This document shows positions 31,333 through 41,589 of a stretch of DNA of 64,000 nt, one piece after another. Each line of letters opens with the position of its first letter. The first letter of the stretch is position 1. The translations under genes and the position numbers were made by a program. A model generated the notes under the pieces. It ran no database searches, had not been told where the DNA came from, and saw only the letters and a program-made list of their open reading frames with translations. The DNA is from Candidatus Margulisiibacteriota bacterium (GTDB lineage Bacteria; Margulisbacteria; WOR-1; O2-12-FULL-45-9), in the NCBI GenBank assembly GCA_034723395.1, contig JAYEOW010000024.1, forward strand, positions 22,205 to 86,204, in the 5' to 3' direction.

Positions 31333-32100
31333 TTAAGATTTAAACTCCTTGATCGTATGCTTAAAGCTGCGGCACAATTCAGTCGCATCCAAAGAGTATG
31401 TTATAAATTGGATCCCGATCTCTTTGAACCAGCGAAGCTGTTCCATGCTTGCGGTAAAAGCACCGGCCGCCTTGTTCTTGGTTCTAACCTTTTTTACACA
31501 TTCCTCAACATATTCCTTTAGTTTTGGGCTCTCCAGCTCTCCAGGGATCCCCAACGCTTGGGATAGATCACATAAACCGAAATAGACCACGTCAATATTT
31601 TCGTCATCAATGATCGCGTCGATATTTTTAACTCCCTGCTCTCCCTCTACAATTAAAATAGTCATCGTTTCATCATTTTCTTTTCTAGTATGCTCATCGG
31701 TCTTTTCGGGAGCATATCCAGCGGCGCGAGTAAACGGAGAGAATCCTCTCTCCCCGATTGGCGCATACTTCATCCCCTTGATCGCCAGTTTTCTCTGCTC
31801 AACCGATTCGATATGCGGAACCACAATCCCGTGTGCTCCGATATCCAATCCGCGCAGTATTTCCGCTTCATCATTGCGGGGAACGCGAATAATCGGAGTG
31901 CAATCTTCCAATTCCGCGGCACGCACCATATCTTCGGCAGTCTCATAGCTGATAGGACCATGCTCCATATCAATGACCACAAAATCCAATCCGGCGGCTC
32001 CTAAAACATTAACTGCTGAAGCGGACGGGAGGATACACCAGGTTCCCAGCACGGATTCCCCTTCTTTTAACATCCGCTTTAATTTATTTAGTTTTCTCAT
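31333..32100 (-). CDS. HpcH/HpaI-family class II pyruvate aldolase
   Basis: GLDFVVIDMEHG, RVP, LDIGAHGIVVP, Y.P.G.RG, G..DLSQ.LG.PG. Confidence 0.88.
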   Translation of the reverse strand: MRKLNKLKRMLKEGESVLGTWCILPSASAVNVLGAAGLDFVVIDMEHGPISYETAEDMVRAAELEDCTPIIRVPRNDEAEILRGLDIGAHGIVVPHIESVEQRKLAIKGMKYAPIGERGFSPFTRAAGYAPEKTDEHTRKENDETMTILIVEGEQGVKNIDAIIDDENIDVVYFGLCDLSQALGIPGELESPKLKEYVEECVKKVRTKNKAAGAFTASMEQLRWFKEIGIQFITYSLDATELCRSFKHTIKEFKS

Positions 32101-32111
32101 CGTTTACTCCT

Positions 32112-32867
32112 TTAGACCACCTTTATTTGTGATACATCATCAATCACGTAGTTAGTCAGATTTTGTAGTTGTTCTCTCGGCGTTATCCCGGAACAGACCG
32201 CGATACTAGCTTTAACTTTGGCGTTATTCCCCATTTTAATATCAGTTTCAGCATCACCCACCATGACCATCCGATTCTTAGCAATTTTAAGCTCTTGCGA
32301 GATCAAATCGATCATATCCGGAGCAGGTTTTGAGAGCTCAACTCCATCTGCTCCGATTACAAATGACATCTTTTCGGAAAGCCCAAGAAAATCCATCGAA
32401 AGTTTAGCCCTTTCTGTTTTATCAGTCGTTGCGATCGCCGTTTTACATCCTTTGGCATGTAAAGTATCGATCAAGTCGTATGTCCCATCGATTACTTTTA
32501 TAAGGGTGTCCAGCATATCTCTTGATATTTCATCAACCTTACTAAATGCTTCAAGACAAGCCGTTCGCCCGTCTTTTATCCCAAACTGATGCAGATAATC
32601 GATTGCCGCCTGCATAACCACCTCGCGCTTTTTAATTCCGACCGGTCCTTCCGAACGCAGTTTTTTGTTCTCTAAATCTACCCCCATCTCAAACATCATC
32701 TTTTGCCTATGATCCCCGTCCAAATTGAACTTTTCGCAGATCAACTCTGCCCTTTTGCCAATCATTTGCGACCAGTAATGGTAGAGATCAATCAGTGTAC
32801 CGTCGCGATCGAAGATCACCAGATCAATATCTTTTATTACCTGACCATTAACTTTAATATCAGCCAC
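32112..32867 (-). CDS. HAD-superfamily phosphatase
   Basis: IFDRDGTLID, KP.PD, MVGD..TDI.MG. Confidence 0.88.
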   Translation of the reverse strand: MADIKVNGQVIKDIDLVIFDRDGTLIDLYHYWSQMIGKRAELICEKFNLDGDHRQKMMFEMGVDLENKKLRSEGPVGIKKREVVMQAAIDYLHQFGIKDGRTACLEAFSKVDEISRDMLDTLIKVIDGTYDLIDTLHAKGCKTAIATTDKTERAKLSMDFLGLSEKMSFVIGADGVELSKPAPDMIDLISQELKIAKNRMVMVGDAETDIKMGNNAKVKASIAVCSGITPREQLQNLTNYVIDDVSQIKVV

Positions 32868-33864
32868 GGATGTCCTCCAGGTTTTCTTTCACTAATTTCT
32901 CCGCAACCGTAACTGCTTTACCGATCAGATCGAGATCGTTCTCAAAATTATCCTTATTAATATAATCTGCGACTAATTTACGCGCAAAAGTACCGATCGA
33001 AACCCCATTAATGTCTACGCCGCACAACTTTGCCAGATTTCCGGTTTTACTATTCGTTCCTCCCGAAGCTAGGATCATCACTGGCACATTGCTTTTCCGC
33101 ACGATATCCGAAATAGCGATCGTTTGCAGAGTTGTATTATAATCGTCTTTACCACCGCTCATCGGTACTCCATCCGCTTGCACGATCATTCGCTCACCCG
33201 TGATCTCATACGCGGCTTTGATCCTCCTGATCACTTCGGTATCGGACAACTGCGATCGGTCAAGACACATGCTTATATAATTATCAGCAAGAAACTTGTT
33301 AACTAGTTTCCAGTCTGCCATTACCGATTCCTCATCGGGGATAATTGCATGGAGTTCAAATGTTTCCGTTCCGTTCGCCAGGCAATCGGGCAGGATCTTT
33401 TTCAATTCATTCCTCTTATCGAAGAAACTAACCGCATTAGCCGGACATACGCGGCCGCATTCGCCGCAGCCGATACAGCGTTTCTCGATTACTTGAAAAT
33501 CATTGGTAATCGCCTTTTGCAGGCAATATTCAAGACAGCTACCGCAAGAGGAACAAATATCAGCGTCTATTTTTGCCTTCCGGATATGCGGATCCCCCCG
33601 CATCCCGATACTTACATTAATAAATGGCCTGGTTTTAAGCTTTTTACCAAGCTTAGGCGCTAATTCAAAAGCTTTATTAACTCCCAGCACCGAATTCTTA
33701 ACCACATCTACGTTTGCTGATACATCGATCCCTAGTGCTCCTGCGAGTGTATATACCAGAGAGAGCTTTCGTACTTCGTCAGCATCCTCGTTACCCGCGC
33801 CGCAAACGATCTTAAAATACTCTCGATCCCTCAATATCTGCCTTAATTCTTCAAATCTGCTCAT
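32860..33864 (-). CDS. LdpA-like iron-sulfur protein (two 4Fe-4S)
   Basis: FKIVCGA...L.LVYTLAGA..IDV.A, DPH.RKA, CxxCxxCxxxC and CIGCGECGRVCP, QADG.PMSG, GGTN match the cyanobacterial LdpA pattern. Confidence 0.75.
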   Translation of the reverse strand: MSRFEELRQILRDREYFKIVCGAGNEDADEVRKLSLVYTLAGALGIDVSANVDVVKNSVLGVNKAFELAPKLGKKLKTRPFINVSIGMRGDPHIRKAKIDADICSSCGSCLEYCLQKAITNDFQVIEKRCIGCGECGRVCPANAVSFFDKRNELKKILPDCLANGTETFELHAIIPDEESVMADWKLVNKFLADNYISMCLDRSQLSDTEVIRRIKAAYEITGERMIVQADGVPMSGGKDDYNTTLQTIAISDIVRKSNVPVMILASGGTNSKTGNLAKLCGVDINGVSIGTFARKLVADYINKDNFENDLDLIGKAVTVAEKLVKENLEDIRG

Positions 33865-35579
33865 ATGTAATTCTTCATCCCCTTATAAAATTCCTTGTAA
33901 TTCGTTGGGGTTAGGATATGCAACCCTTCTCCTCCACGGTTTTCCAAATATTGATTGATCTCTTTTAAATAGCGAAGATTCCAGTTATGCTTTTCTTTAA
34001 TATCTTCAAGTTTTTCCGCCTCGTTGGCCTCATTATAGAAATGGTGAATCCCATCTTTTGACGTCCCCATATATCCATCCATCCCCGCGATAAATACTCT
34101 TTCTCCGCCCATTACTAACGCTAAACCAGCCAAAAGAACAGAAACCGTCCTGCAGCTTGATGAAATAATCCCATTTTCGATATTAAATGGATTTTCTAAA
34201 GAATCTTCATAATAAATAATTTCGTAATCACGGTTAACATATTCTCTGATCATCTCTTCTGAAATATGCTGACCAATTAACAATTTTGATTCAGGACTTA
34301 CTTTATCGACATAATCTGTAAATCGCCTTTTATTAGTAAAAGCATGATAATGTGGAACGAATAATCCCCCGAGATAATTTCCTCCCAAGACTATCGGATC
34401 GTACTTCTTTATAAATGCTAAGATCTTATCCTGGTTTTCTTTTAAGCTGGGACCGTTGGCCAGGACTAAAAAGTCCCGTCTTTTATAGCGATTAATATAC
34501 GGAACATCAATTTTTTTATCGTTTACATTTTCATCTTTTTTGACACCCGATATTGTTTTAACTTTCTTACCAAACAACCCTTTTCTTAAAACATCTTCAA
34601 TCAGCTCTTTATTGAATCCTACCGGATTGTTCATTTTAATGACTTCAAATATATTCCAGATATCTTCGATATCGTACTCTTTGCGGTCAACCAGGTTTTT
34701 AGCGTATGTCGGATGGCAGCCATAAGTGCCGGAAAGCATGTACGGGAGGTTATATCCCCAGTTAAACTTTTTGTGCAGATCGGTATAATAATGATCGATG
34801 ATATTTAGAACCGGTATAACGTTATAGCGATCCGGATCTTGATGGTGCAGATAAGCGAGCATGATCTCGGTCGGGAGGTTCCCCGCACCACGCCCCATCC
34901 CAAAGATCGAACCATCAACTATCCTCGCCCCGGCATCGATCGCAGCTAAAGAATTAGCAAAGGCCATCTGCAGGTTATTATGCGGATGAAAGCCCCATTT
35001 AATATGTTTTATTTCTAATAACGGCTTATAGAAATCGGCAAGCTGATTAGGGAACATCGATCCGTACGAATCGGCAACGTAAGCATAATCCAGTGGAAGA
35101 TCTTTAAGGATCGACAAGAGCTCCTGCTTTTCTTTATCTGAATAAGCAGAAAAGCCCATCAGATTGACTGAGGTTTTTAATCCAAGCTCTTTTATTTTTG
35201 CCGTATCAATTAAAGCATCCCTTAATTTATCTTTATGAAATGCAACTCTGATCAGATCAACCGGGGTCTCCTGGTATTGTTTAAGGTCCTCCAGATCGTA
35301 TTTGCCATGGTCGACCATTAAAGCAACCTTTGAACCGTCAATTCCTTTGGTTGCCGCTAGAATCTCATCGGCAGAGCTAAAGCGGTAAGCTCCGAATTTA
35401 TCTTTATTAAAATACTTTTCTGTGCCGTGATAACCCAGCTCAACATAGTCCACTCCCGCTTTGGAGAGCGCCCGGTAAGTCTCGCGGACCAGTTTCTTAT
35501 CAAAATCCCAATTATTCACATATCCGCCGTCACGGATCGTGCAATCGAGGATTTCCAGATTATGCGGCTTCTTTTGCAT
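33861..35579 (-). CDS. DRE-TIM (HMGL/DmpG-like) aldolase fused to a Maf/DUF115-like domain
   Basis: LDCTIRDGGY.N.W.F, DSYGS, GFH.HNN.Q.AFAN, GMGRGAGN.PTE; C-terminal LVLANGPSL and IAGMDGY. Confidence 0.75.
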   Translation of the reverse strand: MQKKPHNLEILDCTIRDGGYVNNWDFDKKLVRETYRALSKAGVDYVELGYHGTEKYFNKDKFGAYRFSSADEILAATKGIDGSKVALMVDHGKYDLEDLKQYQETPVDLIRVAFHKDKLRDALIDTAKIKELGLKTSVNLMGFSAYSDKEKQELLSILKDLPLDYAYVADSYGSMFPNQLADFYKPLLEIKHIKWGFHPHNNLQMAFANSLAAIDAGARIVDGSIFGMGRGAGNLPTEIMLAYLHHQDPDRYNVIPVLNIIDHYYTDLHKKFNWGYNLPYMLSGTYGCHPTYAKNLVDRKEYDIEDIWNIFEVIKMNNPVGFNKELIEDVLRKGLFGKKVKTISGVKKDENVNDKKIDVPYINRYKRRDFLVLANGPSLKENQDKILAFIKKYDPIVLGGNYLGGLFVPHYHAFTNKRRFTDYVDKVSPESKLLIGQHISEEMIREYVNRDYEIIYYEDSLENPFNIENGIISSSCRTVSVLLAGLALVMGGERVFIAGMDGYMGTSKDGIHHFYNEANEAEKLEDIKEKHNWNLRYLKEINQYLENRGGEGLHILTPTNYKEFYKGMKNYI

Positions 35580-37401
35580 ATCCAACCCCTTCCTTTTCAG
35601 TATTTTTTATCTGCGTATTATATAGACTCCAATAGTGTCTGCCTTTTTCCATTAACTCTTCGTGGTTTCCTGATTCGATCACTTTCCCCTTATCAAGCAC
35701 GATAATCTTATCTGCATTAATGATCGTACTTAAGCGATGGGCAATAACAATTAAGGTATGGTCTTTGGATAATGCATTGATTGTCTGCTGAATTATCTTT
35801 TCTGAAACGTTATCTAAGGCGCTGGTCGCCTCGTCAAAGATAAGGATCTCTGGCTTGCGATAGATCGCCCGGGCAATCGCGATCCGCTGGCGCTGCCCGC
35901 CCGATATCTTCATCCCCCGGTCACCGACAACCGTATTATATCCATCCGGAAATTCAGAAATAAACTCGTGGGCATGCGCTACTTTAGCAGCTTCAACCAC
36001 CTCATCCATTTTCTCAGCGGTATCTCCGCCAAAAGTAATGTTTTCTGCAATGGTTGCATTAAAAATAAATGTATCCTGGGTAACGAATCCGATCTTTTTC
36101 AACCAGGACGATATCCTGCTAATATTTAACTCAATACCATCAATTAATATTTTCCCGTCCTGCGGCACAAATACCCTGACGATCAAATCCGCAATGGTAG
36201 ATTTTCCTGCACCGGAAGAACCAACGATCGCAGTCGTCTCCCCCTTCTTGAAGATCGAATTAATTTTATTAATGACCCTATCCCTTCCCGGATAAGAAAA
36301 ACTGACGTTTTCAAAACGGATCCCTTCTGAAAATGATTTAATCTCTTTTTCACCATCTTTTATCTTGTTTGAATCTTCATGCAAAACGTAGTAAAGCAAT
36401 TCTAAAGTGGGCAAAATCCCCATAAACTGGATCCTAAAATTACCCAAGATCGCCATTGAAGGAGTCACTTTTTGGAACGCATAAGCAAAAACTCCTAAAA
36501 TCGGCAGTAGGCTCATATAGCTGGTTGGCAGCAATAATTTCACTACAATCAGCAATACTGCCAATAATATAACCGAGAGTGATTCCAACAATACTTTAGG
36601 AAGGTTTTTCCAGATAACATCTCTTCGGGCGAGGTTAAAATATTGCTTCATCGCTTTGACGAATTCGGTTACCCACCGATTTTGTGAATTATATACTTTG
36701 ATCTGCCGGATCCCGCTTACACTTTCATTGGCTAAAACATTCATCCGCTCCCCGGCATATATTCGCCCCTTCCCTAAATTATAAGATATGTTGGTAGCGA
36801 TGTATTTTGTTAAATAATAATACAATCCTCCGATAACGATAATTCCGATCGAGGCATACATATGAATGTTAAGTAGAACCAGCCCAACGACCGCCAATCT
36901 TACTATTTCGGTAAGCATACGCGGAATATAGTCAAATATCGCGCCCGCCGATGAAGGAGCCGATATTATCCGATAGATCAGCTCTCCCTGTTTATGATCA
37001 AGAAAAAATTGATAATCAGCACTGATGTATTTATTAAAGATCCCTTTCTGCGTGTCTGCCCAAATATGATAAGCAGCAAACATCCCGTAGATCACGTTCC
37101 AGTAAGCAAATACACCTTTTAAGACAACAGATAATATTAAAAGTACCGCAGATGCAACCATCTTATCCTGGATCGGAACGATCCCGATCAGGCCTTCTGT
37201 GAATTTTATAAAACTACCTCCGACCGTACCGGTCATCCCGGACGGCAGCATTTCACTTAATACGGTAAAGAGAATCGCCAGATTCAATCCGTCAAAGACT
37301 GAAGCCAAAAATGCCAATAGGATGATCCCAAGCACGTATACCGGATGCTGTCTGATAAAATACCAGATGATCTGAAACTTTGTAATGCTGTTATTCTTCA
37401 A
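35560..37401 (-). CDS. ABC transporter permease/ATPase, PglK/MsbA-like glycan flippase
   Basis: 6 TM segments plus GSSGAGKST, ISGGQRQRIAIARA, DEATSALD, AHRLST. Confidence 0.85.
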   Translation of the reverse strand: MKNNSITKFQIIWYFIRQHPVYVLGIILLAFLASVFDGLNLAILFTVLSEMLPSGMTGTVGGSFIKFTEGLIGIVPIQDKMVASAVLLILSVVLKGVFAYWNVIYGMFAAYHIWADTQKGIFNKYISADYQFFLDHKQGELIYRIISAPSSAGAIFDYIPRMLTEIVRLAVVGLVLLNIHMYASIGIIVIGGLYYYLTKYIATNISYNLGKGRIYAGERMNVLANESVSGIRQIKVYNSQNRWVTEFVKAMKQYFNLARRDVIWKNLPKVLLESLSVILLAVLLIVVKLLLPTSYMSLLPILGVFAYAFQKVTPSMAILGNFRIQFMGILPTLELLYYVLHEDSNKIKDGEKEIKSFSEGIRFENVSFSYPGRDRVINKINSIFKKGETTAIVGSSGAGKSTIADLIVRVFVPQDGKILIDGIELNISRISSWLKKIGFVTQDTFIFNATIAENITFGGDTAEKMDEVVEAAKVAHAHEFISEFPDGYNTVVGDRGMKISGGQRQRIAIARAIYRKPEILIFDEATSALDNVSEKIIQQTINALSKDHTLIVIAHRLSTIINADKIIVLDKGKVIESGNHEELMEKGRHYWSLYNTQIKNTEKEGVGYAKEAA

Positions 37402-37405
37402 TATC

Positions 37406-38776
37406 TCATGCTCCTTTTCTTTCCAGTGTTTTCAATGACTCTAATATCCTCCGGGAATATGACCTCTCATCATGATAAACAATATGCGCCAAGCTATCTT
37501 TTATCTTTTGCCTAATGCCCTTTTCCTGGGAGATCTTCAATACCTTGTTGATCTCTTCCAAAAATCTATCCTTTTCTTTGCATTCTACAAACCACGGAAA
37601 TTTCTTTAAATACGTAAAATGTTCTCTTTTTGACATTTCCTGCACAGAATTTGGGCCCGCATGTACACCATCGCTGCATGCCAATCCTAATATTAGATTG
37701 CCAAAAAGGCCCGCCTCGACCATTACCGAAGAGAACGGTGAAATGATGAAGTCAATCGCATTATACAGATCGAGGAAATTACGCAGGTCCGGGATGTATC
37801 CGCTCTTATGATTCAGGTACGCTCCCCGCATCTCCCCGTCAAAAGTGACGTTTTCGAACTTGCAATCAAAAAACGACTTTTCCTTTATTCTGGCATCGCG
37901 CTCCGGATGCGGCCGGTATATCACATGAGCATCCTTTAACAATCCCCTGGCGATCAGATCATCGAGCATTATAAGGAAGGAGGTTTCATCGAAGGGACGC
38001 AACGATCCCCCCAGTAGAATGACCACTTTATCCGCCGGAATACCCAGCCTGCCGAGGTATTCCTTCCTTTTCTTTTCGCGGTCGGTTTTCTTCTGAAATT
38101 CATAATACATTTCGTAATGGGGCACCCCTATACGGAAAATTCTTTCTCTCTTCAGCCCGAAGATCTTCTCACATATATCCTTATTCTGCGTTCCCCTCTC
38201 CAAAATAACGTCCGGCGGCAGGTAAAGGAAAAGCTTGCTACTGGCGTTATCCCATCCGGTGGGAATTACGACGCTTAAAATACCCAGTTCCCTGCATATT
38301 TTGATCAGGTCGATCCCGATATTCCCCGGCGTGGCAATGGGGATGATCATATATTTAAGGCCCAGAGGCTTTAGTTTTTCTTTCAATTCTTTGTCCAACG
38401 GGATCATCTTTTCGGCCAAATATACCAATACTCTATAAATATAATCGTTAAACAATAGCCGGTACAAATAATATTTTTTCCGTGGTCGGCCGTCCGGCGC
38501 AAAATAACCCCGCGCATAAGTGGAAGAATGCTTTGCCGCCCTAGCAACGAACAACTTAACCAAATATTTCCTGATCTTATCTTTAAAGCGGCTTAATTTT
38601 GGATCGTACGTTATCGTTTTCCCCTGGAGCAATCCCAGAATCTTGTCGTTCCTGGAATTATTCTCCAGCAAATAATAAACGTCATATTCCCCCTCTAGGG
38701 CGGCAAAGGCCTTCGTCTGGACATATTTCTTATAGATCTCCTCTCCAGACAGATATATCAGTATTTTATTTTTCAT
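37406..38776 (-). CDS. uncharacterised GT-B-like protein, candidate CMP-ulosonate transferase
   Basis: GWDN.SSK, G.PHY, YRPHP, SS..VEA...G; directly after a NeuA-family gene. Confidence 0.5.
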   Translation of the reverse strand: MKNKILIYLSGEEIYKKYVQTKAFAALEGEYDVYYLLENNSRNDKILGLLQGKTITYDPKLSRFKDKIRKYLVKLFVARAAKHSSTYARGYFAPDGRPRKKYYLYRLLFNDYIYRVLVYLAEKMIPLDKELKEKLKPLGLKYMIIPIATPGNIGIDLIKICRELGILSVVIPTGWDNASSKLFLYLPPDVILERGTQNKDICEKIFGLKRERIFRIGVPHYEMYYEFQKKTDREKKRKEYLGRLGIPADKVVILLGGSLRPFDETSFLIMLDDLIARGLLKDAHVIYRPHPERDARIKEKSFFDCKFENVTFDGEMRGAYLNHKSGYIPDLRNFLDLYNAIDFIISPFSSVMVEAGLFGNLILGLACSDGVHAGPNSVQEMSKREHFTYLKKFPWFVECKEKDRFLEEINKVLKISQEKGIRQKIKDSLAHIVYHDERSYSRRILESLKTLERKGA

Positions 38777-39528
38777 GCGCTCTCCGGCATAGGGAACGGT
38801 TTTTTATCGATCTGCGGCAGATGCGCTTCGCCGTTTTTTAGCATAATATCCGCCAGGGCCCAATCTCTTTCATAATCGATCACAAAACCTTCTTCTTTAC
38901 TGGTGAGAAACGGTGCGATTATCTTTCCCTCTCTTGAATTATGCTCCCAAACCACTCGGACCCAGGCTATCTCCAGCGAGCTATTTTGTACGTGAACTTT
39001 GGGCAGCGCTTGATATTGGCCCGCATGCCAAGGTTTCTCCAGGTGCGATTGGTCCAATAATGGCCTCATCCTGTTCCCTTCAAGAACCCACATTTTACCC
39101 GGATGTTGTGAACAAAGCTCAACTGCACGCAAAGAATCTATCCCCTCATTGCCCACAAATTCTTTCCAGGCCCGCTTTACAGTTTCCACCGTGCGGAACG
39201 GGCTGGTCGGCCGGATAATACTAAATGCTCCATCTTTTATATCGAGCTCGGTCAATGCATGTTTTATCCATTCGATCCCCGGAGAGGTTGCCGTTGCGTA
39301 CTCAGCCGGCCGCAGAAAAGGCGCTTCTGCCCCATAATAAAGCGCGATCTCTCTAAATAACTCGGAATCAGTAGATACGATCACCCGATCAAAAAGATTG
39401 CTTTGGATCGCAGTTTGAATAGAATAAGCAATTAGCGGATGTCCGCCCAGATAGCGGATATTTTTATTTTTTACCCGCTGCGATCCCGCACGTGCAGGAA
39501 TTAATGCAACTACTTTACTCTTTTTCAT
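38773..39528 (-). CDS. acylneuraminate cytidylyltransferase family (NeuA-like)
   Basis: LIPAR.GS.RV.NKNI..L.GHPLIAY, VSTDS, PFLRP, RPTSPFR. Confidence 0.9.
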   Translation of the reverse strand: MKKSKVVALIPARAGSQRVKNKNIRYLGGHPLIAYSIQTAIQSNLFDRVIVSTDSELFREIALYYGAEAPFLRPAEYATATSPGIEWIKHALTELDIKDGAFSIIRPTSPFRTVETVKRAWKEFVGNEGIDSLRAVELCSQHPGKMWVLEGNRMRPLLDQSHLEKPWHAGQYQALPKVHVQNSSLEIAWVRVVWEHNSREGKIIAPFLTSKEEGFVIDYERDWALADIMLKNGEAHLPQIDKKPFPMPESA

Positions 39529-40436
39529 CCATTTTCCCTACTTTCTATCATTTCGATCATACTTTTTATTACAGGAGAATTAAGTCCATACTTTTCACCG
39601 GTCCTAACCACCGCTCCGGCGATCGCATCGATCTCTGAAGGTCTCCCGGCCAAAACATCACGCTGCATCGAAGTACCTAAGGTCTCAGGCATTGAATCGA
39701 TCTTCTTCATCTCTGCAATCGGATCGATCGTTACTCCATCTTTCGCCGCAATCGATGCTCCTTCTTTAATGCTCCCCTCCAACTTTTCCCGCCAAGCACT
39801 ATCGCTGCGGATAAATCCAAGCATTTTTTTAGAAGCAGCCGTGGTACAAGCAAGCGCATTAAGCCTAACTAATTTTCTCCAAACTACTTCTGCCTCTGAA
39901 CCTAAAACAGCAGCATCGATCCCGACCTCGGTTAAAATATTTTTAACTTCATCTGCTCCCGTTTTTTTTGCTAATTCGATCCTCACCGTTTTTGTAGTAT
40001 GTTGAATATGGTTGGCTGATATTCGTTTTAATTCAACATTCCCAATCGTTGCGGCAATTATCCGATCGCCAAAGATTGATCTTAAGTATTCATTATGTTC
40101 AATCCCGTTTAACAGCGGGACAATAACTGCATTCTTTGTTCGCTCTGGTTTTATCCGTTTTACCGCATTCTTTAGATAAGTAGCTTTGGTTGTGATAAAG
40201 ATAATATCAGCATCAGTATCAAGCTCACTGATAACTTTTGGCTTAACCGTAAAATCACCAAACACTTTACTCTCAAGCCTGATACCTTTTTCTTCAATCT
40301 CTTTGCCTGAGGTCTCTTCATCAATACAGACCACATTATAACCATACTTTATCAGCAAAGCCGTCAGGAAACCCCCTACCGCTCCCGGACCTAAAATCGC
40401 GATTGATATATCCTTATTTTTCCCAGGGATGGGCAC
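39525..40436 (-). CDS. ketopantoate reductase (PanE/ApbA) family 2-keto acid reductase
   Basis: GPGAVG, TTKA, LLNG, W.KL..LN, TSMQRD...GR.SEIDAI.G. GTG start after GAGGAGG. Confidence 0.85.
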   Translation of the reverse strand: MPIPGKNKDISIAILGPGAVGGFLTALLIKYGYNVVCIDEETSGKEIEEKGIRLESKVFGDFTVKPKVISELDTDADIIFITTKATYLKNAVKRIKPERTKNAVIVPLLNGIEHNEYLRSIFGDRIIAATIGNVELKRISANHIQHTTKTVRIELAKKTGADEVKNILTEVGIDAAVLGSEAEVVWRKLVRLNALACTTAASKKMLGFIRSDSAWREKLEGSIKEGASIAAKDGVTIDPIAEMKKIDSMPETLGTSMQRDVLAGRPSEIDAIAGAVVRTGEKYGLNSPVIKSMIEMIESRENG

Positions 40437-41589
40437 GAATAACCTCCTCATTCAGCTCTAATCCCCAGCCGGGTCGCTGAGGAACGGTCATATAGCCATC
40501 TCTGATCTCCGGAACTTCGGTCACGATCTCATCTTTCCAGGGGACATCATCAATATCCACTTCAAGGATCTTAAGATTTGGTATCGCCGCGCAAAACTGG
40601 GCGCTAATAAACGTGGAGAGATGGCTATAATAATTATGCGGAGTAACATTTATCTCATAAAGCTCTGCCATATCAGAAATCTTCTTCGACTGGATAAAAC
40701 CGTTCCAGATAATATCTATACTACAGACATCCATCGCATGTTTTTCCAGGTAAGGGCGATAATCTCTGGTTGTATATAGATTTTCACCGGAACAGATCGA
40801 AGTTCTGGCCGATTGTTTAATCTTCAACAACGCATTTGGATCGTAGGAGTCGATCTCCACCCAGAAAAGATTATATTTCTCTAACGCTTGGGCTATTTTA
40901 ATATACCCTTCGGTTTTAAAATTAAAATTCAGGTCGAGGATTATTCCAACATCATCTCCGGTCCCCCTGCGAAACGCGCTGATCTGTGAATTAATCGTGT
41001 CAATTATCTTATTGTTCACGTTAAGCTCAGGGCTGCCTAATCCACCCTTAAATCCAGGCATATAGACTGTTGGATTTTCTCCCGTAAAAATAATATTAGT
41101 TTTTAGCGCGGTAAACCCTCTGGTTTTAACTTCATTCCCCAACTTTTCTATATCGCCTAGTGTCTTTAATGGATCTTTACCGACCATCTGCCATGCTCTG
41201 GCTCTGGTTGTGCCGCAATGCGACCAATAGACTTGCACTTTGTCCCTGATCGGACCGCCAAACAGTTCATATACCGGAACTCCTAAAGCCTTCGCTTTAA
41301 TATCTAATAAAGCATTTTCTATGCCACCAATTGCCTTTTGGATAATACTTCCAGGACTTTGACGTGTTATCGAATACAAATCCCAGTATATTTTCTCTAC
41401 CGGCCGTGGATCTTTACCAATTAAGTGCTTTTTTAAATTCTCTATTACTCCTTTAATTCCTAATGGCGAACCATGCGAATCTGTACATTCACTGTAACCG
41501 ACAATACCTTCATCAGTTGTTATTTTAATAAATAACCAAGGTCTCCATCCAGCATCACACTGTAGTAACTCAACATCTTTTATTTTCAT
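40414..41589 (-). CDS. enolase-superfamily (mandelate racemase / acid-sugar dehydratase) enzyme
   Basis: TDEG.VG.SE, IGKDP, ENAL.DIK.KALG.PVY.LFGG, GENL, PHN, PG.G.E. Confidence 0.88.
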   Translation of the reverse strand: MKIKDVELLQCDAGWRPWLFIKITTDEGIVGYSECTDSHGSPLGIKGVIENLKKHLIGKDPRPVEKIYWDLYSITRQSPGSIIQKAIGGIENALLDIKAKALGVPVYELFGGPIRDKVQVYWSHCGTTRARAWQMVGKDPLKTLGDIEKLGNEVKTRGFTALKTNIIFTGENPTVYMPGFKGGLGSPELNVNNKIIDTINSQISAFRRGTGDDVGIILDLNFNFKTEGYIKIAQALEKYNLFWVEIDSYDPNALLKIKQSARTSICSGENLYTTRDYRPYLEKHAMDVCSIDIIWNGFIQSKKISDMAELYEINVTPHNYYSHLSTFISAQFCAAIPNLKILEVDIDDVPWKDEIVTEVPEIRDGYMTVPQRPGWGLELNEEVIRAHPWEK

